This document shows positions 1-12,300 of a stretch of 64,000 nt of DNA, piece after piece. The first letter of the stretch is position 1, and the number at the start of each line of letters is the position of its first letter. Source of the DNA: Caecitellus pseudoparvulus (taxonomy: Eukaryota > Protista > Bigyra: Bicosoecida); the NCBI GenBank assembly GCA_965644315.1, contig CBFFRQ010000034.1, positions 175,492 through 239,491 of the forward strand, read 5' to 3'. Below the pieces are notes generated by a model, which searched no databases, had not been told where the DNA came from, and saw only the letters and a list, made by a program, of their open reading frames with translations. Made by a program: the position numbers and the translations under genes.

Positions 1-2765
1 CCCCCCCACAAACGTGACGTCTGAGCCCAGCTCCGTGCGCAGCTGTCCGAACGAGGCAGCCGAGGTGCTTGCCAGGTCCACTTGCCCAGCCACCGTGCCA
101 TCCATGCCTGGCAGCCCATGGCACACGTCACGTGCCTCCTCTGCCGTCATGGAGCCTGCGACACTCTGCGTCTGTACGCACGAGTGCCCAGTGTCCACCG
201 TTCCCACGGGGCACTGCCACGCAGATGGACCCAGGATATTTGCCGTACTTGAGGACGGGGCCTTGCACAGGGCCCCGACCTCACTGAGTGCGCAGCGCTT
301 GGGGCTGGCCGCATACGCGGCAGCGTCACAGTCGCATTCGATGTCATTCACGCGGATGTCTCTGGGAGCAAGAGGGGGGGGGGGGGGGGCTGTGAAGGGG
401 AGAAGAGCCCCCCTGGCGTAGGCAGCAAGACGCACGGAAAGTCTTTGCCAGTGGTGGTGAGGCAGTGCTGGCCTGTTGAACCTGCCCGGACTGTGTTGGT
501 GGGGTTCGGGCCTTCCCACCAATTGGCCGGGTATGACCCACTCGTGCCCAGTTCAGACGTCACCCCTGGGAAGCGGTCATCGCCCCACACCCACGTGCCT
601 TCTTCAGCTTCGTCAGTGGCGCCCAGCCAGCAGTACCCCCGTTCAGGAAGAGCGTTCCTGTGCAAGGAGAATGGGCAAAGTGCGAAGCGGTCAAGTAGAG
701 TCAATCGGTGGGCGACCGTGACACGCCCAAAGCCGCGCAACTCACATGGAACACATGCCAAACAGGAACTCCAGCTCATCTGTGCTGCCCACTGTGGCTA
801 GCTTTGCGGTGGCGTCAGCCGCGGCACACTCCACGTCACTGGACGGCTGATCCAGCCCCGCGGCGAGGAACTTGTAGCAGGCGGCAGGCTGGTTGCCAAT
901 GCTGGCGCGCACGAAGCCAGGAGGGCAGTCAGACGGCTGCAGCCTGCATGTGAACTGCTTCGGCGTGCCGCAGTCCGCGTCGGAGAGCTGGCCGTTGCTC
1001 TGCAGTGCAGCACAGTCTTCAGAGCCAGGGGCGCCGGACTCTGTGCGAGGGGGGGAGGGGTAAGTGCATGTGTGCAGGTGCCAGAGCAAAATGCGGCATT
1101 CAGGGTGACGACGCACCCCAGCAACCCGAGTTGATCTGTGGTTCGCAAAAAGTCGTGCTGTGGCCGTCATGCCACGTCCAGAGGGGGGCAGATGTGGCCC
1201 GGCTCATGCCCACCCAGCACTGCGACAAGGGGAGAGGGGTAGCAGACACACGGTGCAAATCAGTAACGCGGGCATGGGTTGCACATCGCGCGTGCAGTGC
1301 CTCACATCTTGTCCAGTGCTGGCGCCCTGGCACAGTCCTGAGAGGAAGGTCTGCGTTGGGGACGTGAAGAAAGATACCATGTATCCGCCCTCGCCCTCAC
1401 AGTGTGTCTGCGCGTCGGCAAAGGTCTTCGCCTCCGGCACGTGCTTGAAGCAGCCGACATCTCCCACGCCGTCGTCGTTGAAGGTCCAGCCCGCGGGGCA
1501 GACGATTCCCGCCCCGTCGCTGCCTGAGCAACCAGCCGTGGAAAGGCCTGTCGTGTCCCCAAAGCGCCCCTGGGGACACGCTGAGCACGCAGTCTGCCCA
1601 GGCGCATCCTGGTACTTGCCCACTTCGCTGTGTGGGGCAGTTTGGTGTGCGAGGCGTGACGAGGCTGCGATCGCAGCAGAGCATGTGTCGAACTCACCAG
1701 GCTGTGCACACCTCAGTGCCGGGTGTGTCCGAGTAGTACCCGGGGGGACACTCAGTGCAGGCGTCATTCAAACCAATGTACCACCCCGCGAAGCACGCTT
1801 CACAGGCTGTGGCTCCTGGGTTGGACGTTGTGGCAGCGGGACACCTGCGCGAGAGAGCAGCAGACCCCATGGCTGATGCTCGGTCAGCTGTGCGTAGAAG
1901 CACGACAAGCTCAGACGCACGATTCACAGGCTGTGGCACCTCCAATTTCCATGTACGTATCGGCGGGGCAATCGGTACACGAAGTTGCGCCGGTGGACGC
2001 TTGGAAGCGGCCTGCGGGAGTGCGGAAATTGACGCTCAAGCACACCCTCAACGCCTACGCGCGCGGGGTAACGCACCCGCAGCACACTGTCCACATGCTG
2101 ACATCCCTGATGAAGCTTGAAATGACCCTGTGGAGTAGGGGCAGTGAGGTGTCGCAGCGTATCCAAGGGGGAGCGTCGGTCAGGGAGCAATCGCAGCGTT
2201 TCGCACACACCAGCATCGCAGTCTGTGCACTCTGTGGACTTCTCGACGGCGGAGAACTTGCCTGCAGGACGGGACGAAACATGTGAACGCTAGACGCCAT
2301 ATTCGCAGTACATCCCTGACGACTCACCGCTGGCACAGTCGTGGCAGTGGTCACCGTCGCCGTATGTGCCGCGAGGGCAGTCCAGGCATGTGGTCGAGGG
2401 CAGATCGAACTGCTGCCCGGCATCACACAGCTGCAACTTGCGTGCACTGAGAGGATGCCCTGTATTCGCATCACTGCGGAGGAGAAGGAGGCTTCGTTTG
2501 CCCTTGGCAGGGCGGAAGCCTGAGGCTTGGCAGGGGGAACGCACTTTTCCAGCCGCCTGTCCAAGGCGCCGCTGGCTACGGCAGTGCGAAGAAGAAGGGC
2601 AATGACAAGCACAATGGGGAGCATGCCGGCTCGCCCATAGAGCCGTGGAGCCTCCTGGGCTTCCCTGTGGGAAGGCATTGCAGGGACCCCGCTACGCCGC
2701 TGTTGCAGGCGACGCGGCGTCTCAACTTTGGCAGGGTCTGCTGTCCCCTGTGCTGCTGCATTCAT
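1..2765 (-). CDS. Multi-exon secreted/surface protein with Cys-rich (TNFR/ephrin-receptor-like) repeats and at least 3 C-type lectin-like domains; 3' end runs off the window
   Basis: Pieces lie in different minus-strand frames, implying introns. Hydrophobic MLPIVLVIALLLRTAVASG (ATG 2624; alternative ATG 2765). Cys repeats CLDCPRGTY, CTECPPGYYSDTPGTEVC, GKYQDAPGQTACSACPQGRFG. CTLD motifs CPAGWTF..CFKHVPEAKTFADAQTHCEGEGGYMVSF, CWVGMSR..LWTWHDG, EDCAALQSNGQLSDADCGTPKQFTC, CYKF..LATVGSTDELEFL, CWLGATDEAEEGTWVWGD. Exact exon boundaries not resolved. Confidence 0.8.
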
Positions 2766-3352
2766 CTTGCTGACGACACAACCGGAGGAAAACACCAACA
2801 GCGCACTTTAAGCGCGGCAGTTATTGCCGTGGGTGGCCGAGTCACAGGAGCTGGCTGGCCCGTGTGCGAGGGTGGTGCAGTGCGGCACGCGCTGATGGAA
2901 GCGTTCACCTGCCCGACCAACAGACACCCTGCTGGAGGAACTAGCCTGCCCACGGCTCGCTCAAGCAAGTCGTGTAGCAGCTGCCGTGTTGTGGGCGATG
3001 CGGTGCGCACGTTTGGCCAGCGTCTGCTGACAAGCGTGGGTTGGTGAAGTTAGGCCGCCGGCGGCAATTGCGCTGCTCCGTGATGCGTCAGGGGTGCTCC
3101 AGGTCAGGCCGCGGGAGTGACTGACACTGCGACGCAGGACCCATTACACACCACACTCAGTGCAAGCTGAGTTCTACCCTCACTCTCACGCAAAGACGCG
3201 CTCGCGCTGACGTTAGCGTGCGTTCAGTGCGCCGGTGCCGTGTTCGAGTGTGGGAGGACAGCGGAAAGGCGCTGGGCGCGTTTGCTGCCAGCTGCCTCAG
3301 GCGCGCTCGCCATACCCAGGCCGCGTGCACGCGCTGTAGCCAACCAACTGCA

Positions 3353-6300
3353 ATGAACATACTGAATCGCCTTCCACTGGCGCTCCTGGCGTGCTGCTGC
3401 CTTCTGTGGGCAGCGCAGGGCGTGGAAGTGTACGAGTGGAACTTGAGACACGCAGGCAGGCACGGCGGCAGCGGGGCAGGAGGTTCCGCCTTTGGCTTGT
3501 CGTGCCTGTGGGGCAGGAGCTCCAGCGTCGTGGACGGACACGATTCCCCTACATCCCCTCCCGGCCTGGAGCTGTTCATGGCCCGGGAGTGTGTGCCGTT
3601 GAAGCGTCAGAGTGCTTCGCAGTGGGCTCGTGTGTCGGATCCAGACGGCTCCTTCGAGGGGCGCCCTGATGAAGAGCTGCCCCTGGTCGCGTGGCGTGCA
3701 GGGAACGGCCACGTGACGCTCATGGGGCACGAAGATGAGCGAGTACAGAGCTTGAACATGTGCGTGCTGCGAGAGGGGGCGGCGCAGGGAAGGGGCGATG
3801 CCACACCATCTCCCTGCCTGCACGCGCCGTCATGCACTGCACCACGTTTCGTTCGCACTTGCGCAGGAAGCGAGGGCTGCTGGCCTCCATGCAGGTGTCC
3901 CTGCCCGAGACCTTTGTGGCTGGCCAGACGTGGTCCGCGGAGGAGATGTGCGACGTGGGGCTCGGCGTGTGGCAGTACCGTGTCGTGGCAGGCGAGGCGC
4001 AGGGTTCCTCTGCCACGGTGGTGAAGGCGCTGGACCAGAGTGCCTTGCGCCCAGGCAAGAACGTACACGATGGCATGTTGTTGGCCAAGGAGTTTACGTA
4101 CGAGTTGGTCCGGTCGGCGGCGGGGCAGTGGCGCATCGTGTCGGGGCGTGCCACGGTCAGCGCTTCTGCTGAGATGCCGCACTCGGCTCGAGACAGTCAC
4201 GGAGGCGATCGACCCCACCACGTCTTTGACAACCACGGCGTGGACGAGGCAGCGACGGGGGACATCATGCAGCCGTGGACGATGACCATTGACTTCACCC
4301 TGCTGCACTCGGACGACGTGGAGCTGGCAGGGCGGGTTCCCGAGGAACGGGCGTTTCACGCCGTGCCTGCGGATTTCGTGCACCAGCTTGCTGGCGCCGT
4401 GACGCTGCTGCCGCACGAGCTGGCGGCAGGGGCACGCCGCCTGCATGCGCCTCACCTGGATGATGCACATGGCTCGGGCATGCACCCCGCTGAGCTGGCA
4501 GTGGACAACTCTGACATGGAGGAGGCAGTGCCTGAGAGCTTGCGCCCTCACATCGCCGGCGTGATGGCTGGCTTGATCGACGCGGGGTACTACGTCGAGT
4601 GCTTCAGCCGCGGCGGGCAGAAGGGCGCGCCCTCTCGCCCACCACGGCATGCTGCTGAAGCCTCGGCCAGCAACCCAGACGCCCTCGCCTCGCCTGCCGA
4701 GTGTGCGACACAGCTGCCGCTGGCCATGCGGCTGTCTTCGGACCTGAAGGCGCAGGTGCTGGGCCTGGTGGCGTCCCACAAGGACTTCCTGCCCCTGCCC
4801 GCCACCGTGCAACACTCCCTGCTGGGGGGTGTTGCAGCGCTGGGTGACGCGCCGTGCCAGGATGTCCTGGTGGGGCTGCTGGAGGATCGGTGGGTCATGG
4901 ACGGCGCCAGCGAGGAGCTGGTGAACCACATCGCCCTCGCCCTCATGCACCTGGACAAGCCCTCCGACAGCACCCTGCACCGCCTGCTGGCAGTGCTGGA
5001 TGCCGAGGAGGTGGACTGGTACCACCGCTCTCGCTTGCTGCTGGCACTGGGCGCCATGGGCTCCACGCTGCCGCCTGGTTCCCCCATGCACACTGAAGTG
5101 TTGCGAGCTCTGGACGACGAGTGGACCATCCTGCACACTCTGCATGGGCACGCCGAGGCGTCTTGGGCAGTGTATGAGCAAGGGGCGCAGGACATCATGG
5201 ATCGCATGTCCGTGTCTGAGCTTGGGCGGTGGGTGGTGGGGCTGCGGCACTGGGCTGATCCCCGTGCTGCGGCAGAAGCCTGGGAGCACGCCACCCCTGC
5301 CCAGCGGTCCAGCTGGACAGAGGACTTGAAACAGACCCTGGCTTCCGAGCTGAAACTAGCAGATGAAGCGGCTGCACGAGATGCACAGCTGCAGGATGCA
5401 GCAGCTGCCGCCTGCTCCGATGCCGCCGTGCTGGGCGCTGCCGAGGCGTCCTTCATGGCTGGGCGGCGTCTGGGCGAACACGCGTCCAACGCCAGTCGCG
5501 CGCTGTTGTCTCGCAGCATCCAGTCCCTGTGCCAGGACACTGTGCGGCGGGAGATGCAGGCTTCTGGCGTGCGCCACGCAGCGGCAGGGGGCGGGGCGCT
5601 GGGCCCTGACCCCGTCGCCGCTGCCCGGGCAGCACGGGGCGTGGAGGACCCCCTGCAGCGGGCCGCTGAGGGGCTGCCTGACGCGGCCCATGCTGCGTCT
5701 GGGCTCGTCACGCTCATGCACGCGTACGGCAACATGCGCGTGGAGGGGCGGCAGGAGCGGGTGCTGCCTTTCCTCACACACTCCAAGCGCACCCTGCGCC
5801 GGCACGCTTTCAGCGTCCTGGAGCACTGGACTGCTCTGGCCATCAACGTGGAAGAGGTGCTGGTGGAGACGCTGGTGGCTGAGGACTCTGACGAGGCCAT
5901 GCGTGCTCACGCCGTGGCAGCGCTGGAGGCCATCCCCGCTGGGCGCCTGACGCCTGCCACGACAGCCACTCTGGCAGGCATGCTGGAAGCTGGCTCCCTG
6001 CGCAACTGGGAGGACTGCGTGGACCTGTGCACAGCGCCTTGTGTGCATCGCTCCCTGGACCGCTGCGACCGCCAGTGCCGCACGCAGTGCACCCACGACC
6101 AGGCCATGGCGCAGAGCGTCGCACGTGTCCTGGCCAAGCACCTCCCTGCGCCCGATGCCAACGCGCCACTGCACGCTGACGAGCTGGTGCAGGCTGCCTC
6201 TGTGCCTGCTCGGCGTGCAGAGGCCATGCAGGGTCGGGTGGCGGCCTGGACTGGCTCGCCAGCACTGGGCTCCCGGGTCTTGGCTGCTCGACGCAGTCTG

Positions 6301-9300
6301 ACCTCCATCTGGGAGCGCATCTTGGAGGTGCTGAGTCCCAGCAACACGAAGGTGTACGTTAAGTTGGGGTCAGATGAAAGTTGGGGTTCGCTCCTGGGGA
6401 GCAAGTACATCGGAGCGTACATTGGCTTCAAACTGCGAAACTCAGTTGAGCTGGACCTGAGCTTGTTTGGCGCGCTGTTTGAGGTAGACGTCTTTAACAC
6501 AGCTCGTATGTCCGCGTACATCATGCGGTATGAGCTTGTGTTCATCGATGCTAAAGCCGCCCTCAACTTTGGCTTCTCCTCTCTTGGCCTTGTGCCGCGA
6601 GACCTGCTGTCCAACTTCAACGATTTCGCCGACAACATCATCACCAGCGTCAAGTCCATCGCAGAGAAGCTGCTGGGAATTGCAGAACAGGTGGAAAGCT
6701 TGCTCCGAATCGGCGTGTCCTACTTTGATGCAGTTCAGGACCAGCTCGCGGAGTACATCGAAGCTGTGCAAGGCTTCGTCGATGCACTGCTGGACACCCA
6801 AGGCGTGCTGGACATTGTCAATGCCTATCTGGACCAAGCACTTGAGTTCCTCCGGGTTCAAGAGTTCATTGATGCCGTGGATGGCCAGCTGGCAGCGGTG
6901 CAGGAGAAGCTGGAGTACATCGCCGATCCCCCCGTGATCGAGATGATCCAGGGCCACCTGGACAACGTGAACAACTGGTATGAACGCATCGCTGGCTATG
7001 GAGATCACGTGCTAGATGTTCTGGATAGGGTTGATGCTGTCCTTGCAAAGGGAAGCTCATTCGTTGACGGGATTGTGGCTGACGCGCAGAAAGTGCGTGA
7101 TACAATCTTCCTCATCGACAGCGTCGTGTCCGGATCTGGTGGCGCTCTTGCCCCGTTTGCAGCGCTTCTGCAGGGCGGTCTCGGCCCTGAAACATCAGCT
7201 GCTGTGGATGTCATTCAAGACAACCTTGACGTGTCGTTCATGACGTCTCGTTTTGAGCGGGTCCGGCCTGAAATTGAGGCTGCTGTGGCTAAACTGGAGT
7301 CTTTCTCAGAGTCCCTACAGCTGGGGTCTGCAGATGACGTTGCATCAAATCCTTTCGAAGCACTAGTTATCGATGCTGCGCGCAAGCATAGTGCGACGCT
7401 GGCTGACCTTGCGGTCGGCCTGAACTCAACCGTTTCTGCGGCTCTGACTGAGCTGGAGGCTGCAGGCCTGGCGCTGAGGTCTTCATTGCACCGCAGCGCA
7501 AGCTCAGACCCTGCTTCTGTGTCTGACTTCAACACAGCCAGGCACCAACTCGGTGAGGCTGTGGCAAACTTGACTTCGTTCATTGAGACGACGAGTTTGC
7601 TGGTCGTGTGGGCTGCTTCAGAGCTTGATGTGGAGTCTGACGTGCTCGTCGCTGAAGCTGCAGCTGAGTCTGCCCAGCAGCAGTACTCAGGGTCGGCATA
7701 TTTCGGAGGTTTGCCACACGAGTCACTCTTGGACCCGGCATCGGCTATCTCAGGTTCGCTGCAGGCGTTGCTTGGCGCGCTTGCGTCGAGTCGCTTGGAG
7801 CTTGGCCAAGACGTGGCCTCCCTCGCAGAAGAAGCATGGCGAGCACGGGTCGCAAGCTGGCCCGCTATGCTTGATGCTAGCATTCTTGCGAGTGCTGAAG
7901 CTTTGCAATCTGCTTGCCAGCAAGTGTTGGAGTCGCCTCCTGCTCTTTCGTTACCTGGTCATTGGCACAGCATTGCCGCAGCTTCTGTGGGCGGCGCTGC
8001 CTTTGAAGATTTTGCACAGGGTACTAGCGCGCAGAACGAAACAAGGGCTGTGTTGTTCCTTGCCTTTCAAACTGCTCTTTTGAACGCCTTGCCTGTATCG
8101 AGCTCTTCCACAGCACTTGCGGCAGCCATGGAGTCTGCCGAAGTGGCCGTGGCTTCTGGAGAAGCTGTCTTGCGTGCCGTGCCTGGTGCTGTGTCGCGCC
8201 TCATTGAAGGAGCTGCTCAAGCGGCTTCCCGAGTCGGCCCTCGCGCTCAGGATCTGATGAGCGCTGCAAGGGTTGTCTGCACGCAAGCGCTTGAGCTGCT
8301 GCCTGAGAGCTGGACTAGTGCCGAACAGGAAGCTATGGCAAAGGCTGTAACTACCGAGAGTCGGTTCCAAAAGTTTGCCAGAGCGCCAGGTGATGCCTGG
8401 CAACTGGCCCAAGCCTTGGAATCTACCTGCGTGGTGCCGGCCTGCGGCTCCGCAGCACGTCTGCTGTTCACAGCCCATGCTTCCCTGGTTGGGCTTCGCC
8501 TTGTTCTGGACGGGAATGACGAAGCGGATGCTCTGAATGACCCAGATCTCACAGTTGAGCAAACAATTGCCACTTTTGCCAGCGCCGGCCAGTTTGCCCC
8601 CCACGCTTTGCTGCGCTGGGTGAACGACAGCAGCCCCTTGCCAGATGACATCCTTGACTTGGCTTGGGAAGTTGGTTTCTCGGGTGCACTGAACACGACA
8701 ATACCTGGAACCTCCGATGCTGCCGCCCAGTGCGGGCTTGCTCTGGCGGGGAGCGGTTCAGGCGGTACCTTGCTTGCGCCATGCTTGGCGCTGAACTCGG
8801 CCGCCAACGAAACTGTAATTGCGAGCGCACTTTCGTGCGAGGCTGCACTGGCTACGGTAGCTGGTGTACCTGGGTGCTCCCTAGTGGCCAGTACGCTGCA
8901 ATCTGCACTTGAGGTGGCTCTCCCTTTTGTTTCTGCTGACGTCTCGCAAGGAAGCCTACTTTCCTTCGTGTCGCATCTGGCTTCTTGGATGACAGCTACG
9001 GAATCCGCTCCAACTTTGGCAGGTGCAGCACTCGCAGCAAGTCACATCCCACCCTCCTTGCTGTCATCCTTTGCCCCACTGAAACAGGCCCATTCTGCGT
9101 CCTTGAAGTCTTTGTCTGTGTCAGGCTCAAGCTGGATAGATCGCTCGACGGCTATGCTCGCCCACAGCTCTGGAAACTGGTCGGGCTCACCGATCAGCAT
9201 GGAAGATACTCTCCTACTATGTGCTGGTGCCTCCTCTCCAATCCTTGAAGACGCACACTCCCATGTCATTGCTGCCGCTGAGCACTATACCGCTGTCAAA

Positions 9301-12300
9301 ACTGCTCACGAGTCATGGAGCACGGGCAACGTCACTCTCTTGCGCCCAGCTGCTGCAAGCCTTTCGCCCTGGGCTGGCCATTGCAGCAAGGAGAGCTTTC
9401 CGAGCAATGGTTTTTGTTCCATTCTGGCTTGTCTCTACGCAGGAGGACTTGGTGCTTTGTCCGTCCAGGTTGACGGCTCGGTTGACCACACCGCGCCCTC
9501 CGATTGGGGTCAGAATTCCGTGAATGATGCCGCACTTTTCCAGGCGGGATTTTCTCCGTCCGATGAAGAATTGCCTGCACTTGCTTCAGTCCTTTCGCCA
9601 ACCATTACGCTGACCCAGTTCGGGTCCGAAGCACTGCTGCGCGCTAAAGAAGTGTCGGATGCGAACGCAACCGACGCATGGACAGCCTTTGAGACTGCAG
9701 TGGGGACAGCATTTTTGGATAGTGCGCTGTTCGGGCTCTCAACGGTTATTTCGCTGCCCAGTGTGGGAGGAAGCATGTCAGCGTTCCAGGCGTCCTGGAG
9801 CGCGTTGGCCGCTGAGTCAGTGGCAGCTGATGAAGCAATAGATGTGGCTGTGGCTATTGATAGTGCTCTGAGCAGCGCCCAGGCACAGCTTCGAGCACAG
9901 CTAAATGTGACCGAGGCAAACTTCACCCGTCTTTCGGAGTTGGCGCAGTCAGTGTGCTCGGTGGCGGAGACAAGTGAGGCAGACATCATGACGTTGGCGG
10001 CCTGCTCCTCCGAACCTGTCAGCCCTTTTGACCTTGCCGTAGCTGCTTGTGCTTTCAGGACTCAACTGGCGAACTTGCTGCACTACTGCTCTATGGCCAC
10101 AGAGCAGCAACACCTTGTTCTGGCCATGTCCGCGGTGTTTAATGCCGATGATGGCCAGCGGGGTTCCCTGCAGGACTTGCTTGCAGAGGGGCACCTGCAT
10201 GTTGTGGAAAGTGCCCTCGAAAGCTGGCTGTCAGACTGGAAGCTTGACGCTCTTCCATCCGGAGCGTTGTCTCAGATTGCAGCTTGGTCACAGAGCGCCC
10301 CCCCTCTTGGAGGCGTGTTGGCCCCTCTTTCTCCCTGTACAGCTGAGGATGCTTGCTTCGGCATGGACTACTGGCACGTGCATGATGCCTACAAGGCACT
10401 GTCAACCCTCCACACAGCAAGCAGTTCACCACTGCTTGCGTCATCCTCAGCACTCACAGAAGTACCCGTGGCATCTTTGGATGCATTGCAGGTAGCGGTG
10501 GAGTCCGCGGCAGGCATCGTGAACCAAACGTCTCTGGGGGCGCTCCATGCGGTTCGTGAGAACGTTTGGCTCCTCTCCGTTCTGGAAGTACATGGCAGTG
10601 CTGTCGTGCAAGATCTGGCTGCACATGGCACCGACGTGTCCATCCCTGGCTCTGGGGAAAGACTTGCTTTGCTCCTGCACACAGCTCAGACAGATGACAG
10701 AGTCGCAAGCTTGCCTGAGCGTGTGCAGTCCTCACTGGCCTCTGTGTGGGCAGAGGTCGACAGAGTTTGGCCAGGAGCAGCATCCTGTGACTCGTTACTG
10801 TCCTGCATCGCGACCAATGCGTCGGCTGTTGCAATAGATGCCCTCGCTTCTGCTGCATCAGATGGTATGGACGCCTTCCGCGTTGAAGCGTGGTGGAACG
10901 AAGCTGCTTCACTTTCGACAGAGGGGCTGGTGTCCGCACGGGCACTGCACACAGTCGCAGATTTGGTCGCAGCCCGGTCCGCCCTTAACCTGGATCGTTC
11001 CACGCAAACATTGGCGGCAGCGGAGGCTGCTCAGAAGCGCCTGCTGAGCTTGTCAAGCCTTGATGTAGACGTGACACGTGCCGGCCTCACGTCGCACAGC
11101 GTGCCTGCGGGCGACTTGGTGCTGAAGGCCCTTCGTGGTGGGACAGTCGGGGGCAACATGTCCCTGACAGCCCTTTCAGACACATGGCTGACACAATCAA
11201 GTTTAGCAGTGGCAGAGGGCCTTGTCGAGTTGGGCGCAGCTGTTGGGGCTGATAGCGTGGCACACTCGCTCGCTGGTGCCGTCACCCGTGGTCCAGTTGG
11301 GCCAGTGGAGTTTTCAACAGCTGCCCAAAGTTTTGGCGACCTATTGATATCAGCCGCTCGCCAGCCATTTGTCAAGGAATCTGCTCAAGCACTGTCATCC
11401 GCTGACATCAATCAGCGCATGTCCAGCCTGCATGGGTCGCTTACTGCGGCAGTCCGAGGACTCGTTGGCCTGTCCCAAAGCGCGGCAGCAGAAACAATGC
11501 CTGAAGGAGTTCCAAGCTTAATTCCTCTGTTTGATACCTCTGTGAGTTTGCTTTCAGCTGCCCAACTAGAGATTGGCGTGGTTGTTCAGTGCGAGGGGCC
11601 TTGCTCCGCTGGCGTGAGCGAGAGTGTCCTGCAACAGGCGGCTTACCTTCCCCTCCAAAAGGCAGGAAAAGCTGCTGTTAATGCTGCAGCAGCCTTAACT
11701 GATCTTGCTACTGTGTTCGGAGGGGCCTCCCTACCGAGTGACATAATTGCTTGGGCGGCAGGCCTGTCACCCCAGACTTCACGGGCTGTGAAGGCGGTGG
11801 CGGAGGACCTGTTGTCCACGGATGGCAGTATTAATGTGCTGTTTGGCGTTGGCATTCGCCTGCATGCATTGTCCTCTACTGCAGCAGATGCTAGCTTGCA
11901 CTTGCCCCAGGGAGGCACATGCATGGCTGCCATGTCTGCAGTTACGCGCGGTCACAACCCAGCTGTCCCCGAACTGTTGCGTCTTCAGAGCGAGGTGTCT
12001 TTTTGTGATGGGTCGCCGTGTCCTAGGTCAGCCCAGCAGGCGAGCTTGGCAGCCTTCCTGGCTCACTTGGCGGCGTCCGGCTGCTCGGGGCCATCAGACG
12101 ATGTTCTTTCTTTGTACGCCTTGCCAGCAATGACGATGCAGGGAGCGGCTGTGACTCGTCCCCTTGTGGGCGCCTCGCCGTTCGCCGAGGAGGCAGCTCT
12201 GCAGCTAGCTGGGGCCACAGCCTTCCATGCACTGGTGCACGGCACACAACCGACAACAAGCCTTCAATCAGCTGCGCTTGCATTTCTTGGGGACTTGATA

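Noticed and set aside
372-388. Long G homopolymer as a possible G-quadruplex or regulatory element
   Set aside because: It reads as the C-rich tract of a probable intron in the minus-strand lectin gene, and homopolymer length is unreliable.
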